A DNA stretch of 63,809 nucleotides, filler included, from Thraustochytrium aureum (Eukaryota), in NCBI GenBank assembly GCA_012862495.1. It is 6 parts of 3 records of this genome, joined end to end, with 100 filler letters (N's around TTAATTAATTAA, not from the genome) between each part and the next. Parts side by side here need not be neighbours in the genome. Positions count along the whole stretch, not along the records: positions 1 to 12,881 come from BLSG01000233.1; 5 more parts are not named here. One strand, given 5' to 3'. Under the pieces are notes generated by a model. That model saw only the letters and a program-made list of their open reading frames with translations, had not been told where the DNA came from and searched no databases. Positions 1 to 10,074 of this stretch are shown piece after piece. The translations under genes were made by a program, and so were the position numbers. Position 1 is the first letter of the stretch, and each line of letters begins with the position of its first letter.

Positions 1-51
1 TCGCTCACCTGCCCTGCTCGCTCACCTGCCCTGCTCGCTCACCTGCCCTGC
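1..51. repeat. 17-bp tandem repeat x3 (TCGCTCACCTGCCCTGC) overlapping the RRP40 stop codon
   Basis: Exact units at 1-17, 18-34 and 35-51; the third contains the minus-strand TGA at 39-41. Confidence 0.95.
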
Positions 52-757
52 TTGGCTGCCTTGGCAAGGTCTTTGACCATCGGGCCAACCGATTCCGCTG
101 GTAGATCTTCCGATGCGCGAATCGCATTCACCACGAGGGCAATCTCGCCCGCGCGGCCCGCATCCACCCACACGCTCCCGTTGCTTCCGACCGCGATCTC
201 GAATGCCACGATTCCGGCGAGGGCCACGAGCACAGGGCAGTCTGGCTCCAGGAGACGCTCTGCAAGTCGCAGCGAGCAGGAGAAAACAAAGCCGGACTTG
301 AGCTCCCCGTACACTGACTGCCCGGTCATCCAGTCCTTGCGGGGACCATTGGCCACCATGCAGGTCAGCTCAGGGTCCATGTCCCGATGCACCTTGGCGA
401 TCCGTGCGTAAACGAGCGCGCCAATCTCGAGCACTGGCCTGTTGCGCTTGGAGGCCCCGTCGAAGGCCAGCGTCGGCAACTGCGCCTCCGCGCTGCCGCC
501 GATATCTACCCGGTACGACTCGGCAAAGCTCTGCGTTACGACGCCAATCACATTGTCTTCGGCCCGCGCCAAGTACCTGTGGTCGCCGTGCTCGACCCAG
601 TACACGTTCGGCGGTTCGAACCGCAAAACGCCGGCCTGCGTGGCCAGCACCCTCTCGCGGTCCTGGAACAGGCCGGCGCCGGTCCTTATCTGCTTTCCGA
701 ACATCGACACCACGGCCGTCAGGTCCTGTCCGGGGAAAACCGCTTGCGGCTCGAACG
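39..757 (-). CDS. RRP40: Exosome complex subunit RRP40 (5' end lost in gap)
   Basis: Motifs YLARAEDNVIGVV, YRVDIGGS, LAFDGASKRNRPVLEIGALVYAR, DMDPELTC and FEIAVGSNGSVWV fit the RRP40/EXOSC3 S1 and KH domains. The ORF-track start at 827 crosses the gap and is spurious. Confidence 0.92.
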
Positions 758-777
758 NNNNNNNNNNNNNNNNNNNN

Positions 778-1311
778 GCGTATGCGGCCTTAAAAGCGCA
801 AGGCTGGGTCGTCAAGCTTGGGACCACCTATGGGGCCAACTTGTGGTCTATCAGGGCGACCCGGATTTTTTCCACTCCCAGTTCTGCGTCGTGGTCCGCG
901 TGGGGGACAAGCTCGAGGCGCAGCCCTGTAAGTTTGCCACGTGGGACCAGCGCCTCGCGCGTGCCTCGCTGACCAGGGCGGCTTTCGTCCCACCCCAAAA
1001 TGCGCGTGTGCTGCAATGCAATAGCGAGCTGGATCGACGTTACACGCGAGATGCGCGTCGCGAACCAAACAGCCAAGGACGTCATGCTCTGTGACGTAAC
1101 GCTCACGCAAGCCAGCGCTGTGCCAAGCTGTTCGGCAACAGTTGACTTTGTGATTCTGCTGCGCTGGATGCTCAAGCACGAAGAGCCGGGCAAGGAGCGC
1201 CAGCCGCACCAGAAGCTCAAGCGCAAGCTCATCGACCCGGCACAAAAGGCTGGCCGCCCGGCAAAGCAGCGCACTGCTACAAACAAGGCGACGCGCATGG
1301 CGAAGCCGTGA
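778..1311 (+). CDS. TSEN2: tRNA-splicing endonuclease catalytic subunit SEN2-like, C-terminal part; intron 928-1024; one-base frameshift near 841
   Basis: YAALKAQGWVVKLGTTYGAN(F)VVYQGDPDFFHSQFCVVV, then after a GTAAGT...GCTGAC...TAG intron SWIDVTREMRVANQTAKDVMLC. The catalytic Y/H/K pattern of tRNA intron endonucleases is present. Confidence 0.8.
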
Positions 1312-2347
1312 CTGAAAAGGGCGTCGCCGTGACTGTATTGCACTGTTTGGCGCCTGCTTGAGCGCGAACCACGTGTCGGCAAGGCGGGGCGGGGCCTCTC
1401 CGAGGCGCGGACCTTGGCGCGAATAAAGTCAAACCATTTCACATAAACTGCTCATGAGAAGGACATGCAATCAATTTACATCATCGAAAAAGTGACCCTT
1501 GGGCATTTGCATAAGCGTGGTGGGGAATCAAATCACAATTTACATATGCGTCGCACCGTCGCGCACCCTCTATTCAAGATGCGAGGCGCATCCTGNNNNN
1601 NNNNNNNNNNNNNNNNNNNNNNNNNNNNNNNNNNNNNNNNNNNNNNNNNNNNNNNNNNNNNNNNNNNNNNNNNNNNNNNNNNNNNNNNNNNNNNNNNNNN
1701 NNNNNNNNNNNNNNNNNNNNNNNNNNNNNNNNNNNNNNNNNNNNNNNNNNNNNNNNNNNNNNNNNNNNNNNNNNNNNNNNNNNNNNNNNNNNNNNNNNNN
1801 NNNNNNNNNNNNNNNNNNNNNNNNNNNNNNNNNNNNNNNNNNNNNNNNNNNNNNNNNNNNNNNNNNNNNNNNNNNNNNNNNNNNNNNNNNNNNNNNNNNN
1901 NNNNNNNNNNNNNNNNNNNNNNNNNNNNNNNNNNNNNNNNNNNNNNNNNNNNNNNNNNNNNNNNNNNNNNNNNNNNNNNNNNNNNNNNNNNNNNNNNNNN
2001 NNNNNNNNNNNNNNNNNNNNNNNNNNNNNNNNNNNNNNNNNNNNNNNNNNNNNNNNNNNNNNNNNNNNNNNNNNNNNNNNNNNNNNNNNNNNNNNNNNNN
2101 NNNNNNNNNNNNNNNNNNNNNNNNNNNNNNNNNNNNNNNNNNNNNNNNNNNNNNNNNNNNNNNNNNNNNNNNNNNNNNNNNNNNNNNNNNNNNNNNNNNN
2201 NNNNNNNNNNNNNNNNNNNNNNNNNNNNNNNNNNNNNNNNNNNNNNNNNNNNNNNNNNNNNNNNNNNNNNNNNNNNNNNNNNNNNNGCGCTGCCGGCCAT
2301 CCTGCCGCCGGCGCCCAGCAACGGCCACCGCCAGGCCTCCACCGTGC

Positions 2348-2378
<31 letters not shown>

Positions 2379-2467
2379 GGTTGCCTGATGGCCGCGCTCC
2401 CGGCCGGGCTCCGCAAGCGCGTCAACTTTCAAAGTCGTCCTGGTGAGTCTGTGGTTGGCCAGCGCTC

Positions 2468-2575
2468 AGATGACGCAATGTACAATGCTATCAAATCACC
2501 ATTGCGTCACGTGGTTCGCCAAACACGGTCAAGATGACGCAATGAAAGGTGCGTGGCAGGTATTCATTACGTCAC
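2468..2575. promoter_or_regulatory. Two tandem spaced inverted repeats, AGA-TGACGCAATG-N19/20-CATTRCGTCA-C
   Basis: Arms at 2471-2480/2500-2509 and 2535-2544/2565-2574; the spacers are unrelated. Lies about 360 bp upstream of the GT2-like gene. The structure is read directly; the regulatory role is inferred. Confidence 0.6.
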
Positions 2576-2936
2576 TGGCACGCTTCTGTTCTGAGGATGT
2601 GCATGCACAGCAGCGAGAACAGCAAGTTTACAGTCGAGTACATTCAGGCAGCGCCAGCGCGCACGACTCGCGCTCTTGGACGGGCGCACGCACGGACAAC
2701 GCGCGATCGGCTGCACGCCGCCGTAGGCTGGCTGCGCACCGCGGCACTCTGGCGGCAACGGTGTGGTGCCAGAATCCCCGTCGCGCTCGCGCCGAGTCTC
2801 TCCTGGGTGCAGTTTCACGGCTGCTGGGCGCGCAGACCCCGCCCGCGAGCTGGCTGCTGGCGCGGAGTGCGCCGTTGGCGCTTGGTCGCCGAGTACAATA
2901 GGTCCCTTACTTTTGTCGAAACGGCGAGCCGGGGCG

Positions 2937-4066
2937 ATGGCCCACGTCGATAGTACGGAGGACCCTGGCCGCTTCCAGCAGCGCAGGGTCCGCGCTGCGT
3001 CTGAGGCGGCCGCGTGTAGCTGGACGCACCAGCCTCCCCTCAAAGTAGTGTGCGCGCTCGTTTTCATGTTTGGTCTTCTGAACATCCTGGCCAGCAGTCG
3101 ACGTCTCCAGGTAGACAGAGTGTCTAGTTCGGCTCTCGCCGAAATCGAACAGAGCCAGCGCCAAACGCCCTCGCTGTTTGTCGGCATAGTGACATGGAAC
3201 AGGAAGGAGTACGTGGAAATGCAGGCCGAATCGCTCCGCCTCTTCTCAAGCAGGTATCCCGAGTGGAAGGACCTCAACATCAGATTTGAGATCTTCGACG
3301 ACGGGTCAAACGAATTCACTCGCAACGAGTTGCTCATGTGGTATCCTATGGCCACGCGCGTGCACAACATGCGGCCAAGTCTCCGCTTCAATCCTGGTGG
3401 GCACCGCGCAAACGAGATCACGCGGAAAATGTACAACCACTTCCTCACGCAGACAGAGTACGACTGGATCCTGACGGCCGACTCGGACATGCTCTTCCAT
3501 CCGTCCTGGCTCGCGCGCCTCTTAGAGGTGATTGTGGCAGGCGACGAAGCATGGTGGTTTCGCTTTACAATTCGTGCATGCACAGCACCATCGACTGCAA
3601 CATGCACTTGTGCCGCAAAGAGCACACGGGAAACGCTGGGAGCGCTTGGTCGCGAAAGATGCTGGAGCGAATCAACGTCGCCATTCCGTTCGGCGACAAC
3701 CTTGGCGAGGAGGGTATTGCCAACTTTGACTGGGTGTTTTCAAAATACCTCGCCGACAATGGCATTAGCATGTATGCCCTGCGGCCCTCCATGCTCGAGC
3801 ACCTCGGCGTCAAGGGGTCCAATTTCCCGATTACCAACGAAGAGCTTAGCCGGGACTTTCCGTGGATGGACATTCCCTTCCCGCTTCGCGGCAAGCTCCT
3901 CGCTAACCTGCGCCCGCGGCCCAGTTGCCTCAAAGACAAGATGGACATGTTTGCGCTGTTCTCAAACGCCAAACCTGGCAGCAGCGAGTCGAAGCCAGCT
4001 GAAGACAGCGGCCCGGAGCCAGCTGAAGACAGCGACCCGAAGCCCGCTGAGACAGTGGCTAGCTAG
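2937..4066 (+). CDS. Type II membrane GT-A fold (GT2-like) glycosyltransferase; frameshift near 3540
   Basis: N-terminal TM (VVCALVFMFGLLNILA), then FVGIVTWNRKEY, IFDDGS and a DxD motif (TADSDMLF). Continues in the 3338..4066 frame (VVSLYNS...RPSMLEHLG) and ends with PAEDS repeats. Confidence 0.75.
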
Positions 4067-4521
4067 CACAGTGCATTGATTCTTCTGTTCTTGATGGAGG
4101 GAAGGCAGAGCCAAGCGCTTGCTCATGAACAACAACAAAATGGCTTTTGGATCTTCGCGCGGCGGACGCCGTCGCCCCGCGACGCTACCTACCATGCCGC
4201 GCCCCCCCCCTCCCGACTGGCTCCCCTCTCGCACAGTCCGCGCGCGAAGGCGTTCTGGCCCTTGCAGAAGGTCTGCGCGTTGCCAACGTTCTGCAATGCC
4301 GACCACTGGCATGCCACCGCTCCTCTGCAGGCGAAAGTACGGCCGTCCTCAGGACGATGGCTCAACTTCATCCACCTTGGAAACTGCCCCACCGCAAAGG
4401 TGGGCCCGAGCAGGCCAAGCTGCTGCGGGCCACAGGGCAGAAAAGTGCGAGCCCAGGCGACGCCTGCCGACACACGTGCCGCGTTCCGAGTCGAGGCGAC
4501 CGGAGGCACATGGTTGGGTAC

Positions 4522-5379
4522 TCAGCCACCGACCGCTGTGAGCTTTTCCGCCAACGCGCACAGCAGATACTCCATCAGCAGCCTGTTCGTGGCCGCGCCA
4601 AAATGCCTCATGTCAGAGCTCGATCGTGGGTCGTCGCCACGAGCCAAAGAGAGGCTTTCCATGTCCACCAGGCCAACTGCGCCAGAATTGAAGCACGCGC
4701 TCGCGGCGAAGGCCCGCCGAAGCGCGCTATTCCTGGAGCGTACTCGCGTTGCTGTCATCCCCCATTTCCGATGGTCCTCCCGCAGCCCCTCGTACAAGAT
4801 GGGGTGCACGGTGGTAGTCGTCATGAGGGCCACAAACCGGTACCGCGACTCGCACACTGCCTCGAGCAGGATCTTCAAAACACGCAGGTCCTCCTCGTAC
4901 TCGCCGTAGGCGGCGGCCCAGAGCCCGGAAAAGTTTATTGCAAGCACGCCTCGAGCGCTCTTGGCCTTGATGGATTCAAGGAGGTTTGGGAGCGTGGCGT
5001 TCTTCGGGTTGGTCAAGTCCACTTGCGCAATTGTCTGCGCGACTGTGGGCACGCCCTTGTGTTGAACACAGGTCACCGAGGCGCGCGTCGACACGGCCGC
5101 CTGCAGCTCCTCGCACGCGTAGGCCGGCTGCGAGTCCCCAACTACCGTAAGGTGCGCATCGAAACCTGAGCCCAACCCCAGCCCGCGGCATCGGTCGGCA
5201 CCTGGCTCGGTGGTTCCGAGCTCACGCTCGCCAAGCTCGCCGGTTCGAAGCCAGCTCGGACTTGGTGCTCTTAAATTTTGAATGACCCAAAAGGACCTCA
5301 GCGGGGAAGGACTTGGCAGACCAGCCCGAAACCACCCGCGCCTTGCTGGGCGCCCAACGAAAGAGAGCCGGCTCAAGCG
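4522..5379 (-). CDS. SGNH/PC-esterase-like protein (possible O-acetyltransferase or esterase), 5' end in gap
   Basis: VVGDSQ (GDS motif), INFSGLWAA, LMTTTTVHP, and a DxxH motif (SSDMRHF) near the C-terminus. Confidence 0.6.
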   Translation of the reverse strand, partial: RLSRLSFVGRPARRGWFRAGLPSPSPLRSFWVIQNLRAPSPSWLRTGELGERELGTTEPGADRCRGLGLGSGFDAHLTVVGDSQPAYACEELQAAVSTRASVTCVQHKGVPTVAQTIAQVDLTNPKNATLPNLLESIKAKSARGVLAINFSGLWAAAYGEYEEDLRVLKILLEAVCESRYRFVALMTTTTVHPILYEGLREDHRKWGMTATRVRSRNSALRRAFAASACFNSGAVGLVDMESLSLARGDDPRSSSDMRHFGAATNRLLMEYLLCALAEKLTAVGG

Positions 5380-6274
5380 NNNNNNNNNNNNNNNNNNNNN
5401 NNNNNNNNNNNNNNNNNNNNNNNNNNNNNNNNNNNNNNNNNNNNNNNNNNNNNNNNNNNNNNNNNNNNNNNNNNNNNNNNNNNNNNNNNNNNNNNNNNNN
5501 NNNNNNNNNNNNNNNNNNNNNNNNNNNNNNNNNNNNNNNNNNNNNNNNNNNNNNNNNNNNNNNNNNNNNNNNNNNNNNNNNNNNNNNNNNNNNNNNNNNN
5601 NNNNNNNNNNNNNNNNNNNNNNNNNNNNNNNNNNNNNNNNNNNNNNNNNNNNNNNNNNNNNNNNNNNNNNNNNNNNNNNNNNNNNNNNNNNNNNNNNNNN
5701 NNNNNNNNNNNNNNNNNNNNNNNNNNNNNNNNNNNNNNNNNNNNNNNNNNNNNNNNNNNNNNNNNNNNNNNNNNNNNNNNNNNNNNNNNNNNNNNNNNNN
5801 NNNNNNNNNNNNNNNNNNNNNNNNNNNNNNNNNNNNNNNNNNNNNNNNNNNNNNNNNNNNNNNNNNNNNNNNNNNNNNNNNNNNNNNNNNNNNNNNNNNN
5901 NNNNNNNNNNNNNNNNNNNNNNNNNNNNNNNNNNNNNNNNNNNNNNNNNNNNNNNNNNNNNNNNNNNNNNNNNNNNNNNNNNNNNNNNNNNNNNNNNNNN
6001 NNNNNNNNNNNNNNNNNNNNNNNNNNNNNNNNNNNNNNNNNNNNNNNNNNNNNNNNNNNNNNNNNNNNNNNNNNNNNNNNNNNNNNNNNNNNNNNNNNNN
6101 NNNNNNNNNNNNNNNNNNNNNNNNNNNNNNNNNNNNNNNNNNNNNNNNNNNNNNNNNNNNNNNNNNNNNNNNNNNNNNNNNNNNNNNNNNNNNNNNNNNN
6201 NNNNNNNNNNNNNNNNNNNNNNNNNNNNNNNNNNNNNNNNNNNNNNNNNNNNNNNNNNNNNNNNNNNNNNNNNN

Positions 6275-6826
6275 CTGGGCCGGGAGTGGAAGCCGCGGCT
6301 CGACGACGAAGGGCTCGTTTCGCGCGTCGTCAAGGTGGACGCCGTGCGGAAAACCACAAAGGGCGGCCGCGTGAACCGCTTCCGCGCCCTGGTGGTTTGC
6401 GGCAACGGAAACGGGGCTGCAGGGTTCGGGCTGGGCAAATCGGACACCGTGCGCAAGGCGGTCCAAAAGGCCTATGCCTCCTCGCAAAAGCGCTGGGTCG
6501 CCATCGAGAGGTCAGAAGACAACGGCCTGTACCACGACGTTATGGACAAGTTCAACAACTCGCGCGTGCTCATTCGCACCGTTCGCCCGTTCAAGGGGCT
6601 TGTTGCTGGCGGGGTCGTCCGCGCGATCTGCGAGTGCTTTGGCATCGAGAACGCGACGTCCAAGGTGATCGGGCGCAAGACCGCCTCGAGCGTGGTGTAC
6701 GCAACGTTCGGAGCACTCAGCAAGCACAAGACCCCAGAGGAGGTCTCGCTCATGCGCGGCCGCAACGTGGAGCGCCATACGCGCTGGTCGCTCGCAAAGC
6801 GGGTGCGCAACGCGGGCACCACCTAA
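6275..6826 (+). CDS. MRPS5: Mitochondrial-type ribosomal protein uS5, C-terminal part
   Basis: VRKTTKGGRVNRFRALVVCGNGNGAAGFGLGK, GLVAGGVVRAICECFGI and ATFGAL...TPEEVSLMRG are bacterial-type S5 motifs in a nuclear context. Confidence 0.88.
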   Translation: MGREWKPRLDDEGLVSRVVKVDAVRKTTKGGRVNRFRALVVCGNGNGAAGFGLGKSDTVRKAVQKAYASSQKRWVAIERSEDNGLYHDVMDKFNNSRVLIRTVRPFKGLVAGGVVRAICECFGIENATSKVIGRKTASSVVYATFGALSKHKTPEEVSLMRGRNVERHTRWSLAKRVRNAGTT

Positions 6827-7227
6827 TGGCCCTGCCCCTGTGGACTGGACTCTGGCCGCGGCTTGCCTGCGAGCTGCGAAGGGCCCGCCTCCCGGGCTGC
6901 AGGTGCAGGTGCAGGTGCAGGAGCAGACTCACGGAGGGCCCGATCTGGCCGAGACGCTTTCTTTCCCCATGCACGAGCAGGCATTATTTTTGCGAACCTG
7001 ACCAGAACGAAGGAAAACAGGAAAAGAAAAAGAGCTTGAGTTACTTGAGTTTTCAAGAAACGAACGCGCGAGCCTGGCCCTCCTCATGGGGCTACTCCCC
7101 TTCTTACGCAGGGCGACTACTGGCCACGCCCTTGGATTCGAGCGAGCGAGAGTCAGCAGGAAGAAGACAACAAGATCTTGAATTCGAAACGCATGCGCGT
7201 CTCCCGTGATCACTCACTGCTCAGCGC

Positions 7228-8849
7228 TCAGCGCCAATCAGGACGCTCGTCGCGCTGCGCGGCAGCCTCTTGCGCGGCACGCGCTGGCTTGGCAAGCGCC
7301 AAGGACCGCACAATGCGCTTCACATACGCCGGCGAGTCGTGGATCTGCGGGCGGAAGGTGCACTCCTCGAGCTCCTTCATCTCCTGCTCCTGCGCCACCT
7401 TGTTCTTCTTGTGCGAGTGGAGCGCGCTCTTGTGCTGCAAGCGGCGGATGTACGTCTCAGGCTCGGACAGGATCTTGAGGCGGCCCTCCACATCGTTGCG
7501 CCGGTTCAGCTCGGGGGAAAACGTCAAGTCCTGCAGCTCCTCCTGCTCGACGCGCAGCTTCATCAGCCGCGCTTTCGTCTCACGCTTGAGGCTATCCCCG
7601 CGACTCATCTCGACCACCGACCTGGCCGGCTTGCGCTGCGACGCGCTGTTGATCTTTGGCTTGAACGTACACTCGGGGTCGACGGTCTGCGACTTGCGCC
7701 GCACAGTCTCGTGCTCCTTCCGCAGCGCGCCCTTGGCCACGCGCTGGAGAAAGGACCCGCGCGTCTTGCTGCTTGCGAGCTCTACGGACTTTTTGCACAG
7801 CTGGGGTGTGTGCGGGCTGGCGGTTTGCTTGGCCACGCGCTCCACCTTTTGCTGCTTCCTGCGCTCGAGCTGCTCCTGCCGCGCCAAAAAGGCGCCGAAG
7901 CTACGCCGCCGCTCTGCAGCCTCCTCCTTGCTCAACTGCGGGCGCGGCTCGCCAGCCGCATCACTGCCGCCGTTGCGCGTGCGCGGCGCGCTCTGCGGTC
8001 GCTTGACGAACCCCGCCGCCGAGAGGAACGTCGACACGTCCATTACTTGCTCCCCGTTGTCGAAACGGCGCAGATTCTCGTCGTTGCTCCCGCCGTTCGC
8101 CTTGCCCTCGCCGCCGCCGCCCTGGCGGTACAAGGCCTCGCGCGGCTGTGTGAGCCGGGCCACAATGTCGTTCCGCAAGTACATTTGCGCCGCCTCCATG
8201 CTTGGGTGAATCGGGTTGGTCTGTGGCGTGAAGGTGAGCTCCTCGTCCCACGCCTGGCGCCGCGCCGCCCCAGTTGCGGTCGTCGACGAGCCCACCGATC
8301 GCGCCTCGTCGGCATGGCCGCCACTGGCTCGCCGCGTCCCTGAGGACGACCCAGGGCGCGACCCGGCGGCGCTACGGTACCGCGACCGCACAGCGTAGTT
8401 GGCCGTTTTCGTGATCTCCGGCTTGAACGTGCACACTTTGCGCAGCTCTTCCTCTTCTTCTGCGCGAGCGCGGGCCTGCAGCTCGGCCAGCTTGTTCACC
8501 TTGCTCTGCTGGTATAGCCGCTCGTGGGGGCTCAGCCAGGTCCCGTCAAAGCTGTCCGTCTCGCCGTGGAACTGCGACCGTGCGTCTGGGCTGACGCCCG
8601 CCTCGGGCGACCCGCGGGCCGGTCGTCGGAAGCGGTCCGGCGTCCCTGGCCTCGCGTTGCGGTTGATGCGCGGCTTAAATGTGCAGTCCTGCAGCTCCTC
8701 TTCCTCCTTTTGCTGGCGCTTGCGCTCTGCCCGCCTCGCCTTTGCGCTGCTTCCAGCGCTCGACGCGCTCGTTGAACGACAGATTGTCTTGCTGGTTGCG
8801 CCGAAAACCGTACTGCTCCGGCAGGTCGCGGATCTTTGGACGAAAACGT
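7228..8849 (-). CDS. Coiled-coil protein with repeated (E/C/L)TFxPxIN motifs, 5' end in gap
   Basis: Repeats CTFKPRIN, CTFKPEIT, LTFTPQTN, CTFKPKIN, LTFSPELN and CTFRPQIH are separated by charged helices; frameshift near 8735. Confidence 0.7.
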
Positions 8850-10074
8850 NNNNNNNNNNNNNNNNNNNNNNNNNNNNNNNNNNNNNNNNNNNNNNNNNNN
8901 NNNNNNNNNNNNNNNNNNNNNNNNNNNNNNNNNNNNNNNNNNNNNNNNNNNNNNNNNNNNNNNNNNNNNNNNNNNNNNNNNNNNNNNNNNNNNNNNNNNN
9001 NNNNNNNNNNNNNNNNNNNNNNNNNNNNNNNNNNNNNNNNNNNNNNNNNNNNNNNNNNNNNNNNNNNNNNNNNNNNNNNNNNNNNNNNNNNNNNNNNNNN
9101 NNNNNNNNNNNNNNNNNNNNNNNNNNNNNNNNNNNNNNNNNNNNNNNNNNNNNNNNNNNNNNNNNNNNNNNNNNNNNNNNNNNNNNNNNNNNNNNNNNNN
9201 NNNNNNNNNNNNNNNNNNNNNNNNNNNNNNNNNNNNNNNNNNNNNNNNNNNNNNNNNNNNNNNNNNNNNNNNNNNNNNNNNNNNNNNNNNNNNNNNNNNN
9301 NNNNNNNNNNNNNNNNNNNNNNNNNNNNNNNNNNNNNNNNNNNNNNNNNNNNNNNNNNNNNNNNNNNNNNNNNNNNNNNNNNNNNNNNNNNNNNNNNNNN
9401 NNNNNNNNNNNNNNNNNNNNNNNNNNNNNNNNNNNNNNNNNNNNNNNNNNNNNNNNNNNNNNNNNNNNNNNNNNNNNNNNNNNNNNNNNNNNNNNNNNNN
9501 NNNNNNNNNNNNNNNNNNNNNNNNNNNNNNNNNNNNNNNNNNNNNNNNNNNNNNNNNNNNNNNNNNNNNNNNNNNNNNNNNNNNNNNNNNNNNNNNNNNN
9601 NNNNNNNNNNNNNNNNNNNCCTGGCCCTAACCCAACCCTCTACTTTCTAACCCGCGCTAGCAAACACTACGACCGCCGCTACGCCGCCCCTCTACGTAAA
9701 AGTAACGCGTTACCGTTACGCTCATTCCCGCGCCGGCAAATTGAAGGCGGAAAGGGGGAACGAATGGAGGGAGTGACGCTTTTTGAGCTGCTACCGAACG
9801 AGAGATTGTGAGGTGTTTGGTGGTGACTTCGGGGATATTTGTGGCGGCGCCAGCCGACCATCAGCAAGTGCAGGCAGGCAAGCACGAAGTACTCTGACTC
9901 GCAGGCAGGCTCAAAGGCAGGCAGACAGACAGGCCCGAAGGCAGGCAGACGCACGCGCAGGCTGGCACGCTGGCTGGCTGAAGCGGGGCGTGGACACGGA
10001 AAGGCGCGGGAAAGGCGCGGGCCAGCGGGTACCGTCGGGGACAAGGCCCGGGGTCGATTCTGAAGGTGGCCAGG

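Noticed and set aside
2468..2575. Repeat-spacer pattern as a CRISPR array
   Set aside because: Arms are only 10 bp, alternate in orientation and form just two units; eukaryotic context with no cas genes.
4189..4524. TGA readthrough or selenocysteine in the SGNH gene
   Set aside because: Open frames of about 110 codons arise readily in GC-rich DNA; no SECIS or recognisable domain seen, and other genes use TGA as a normal stop.
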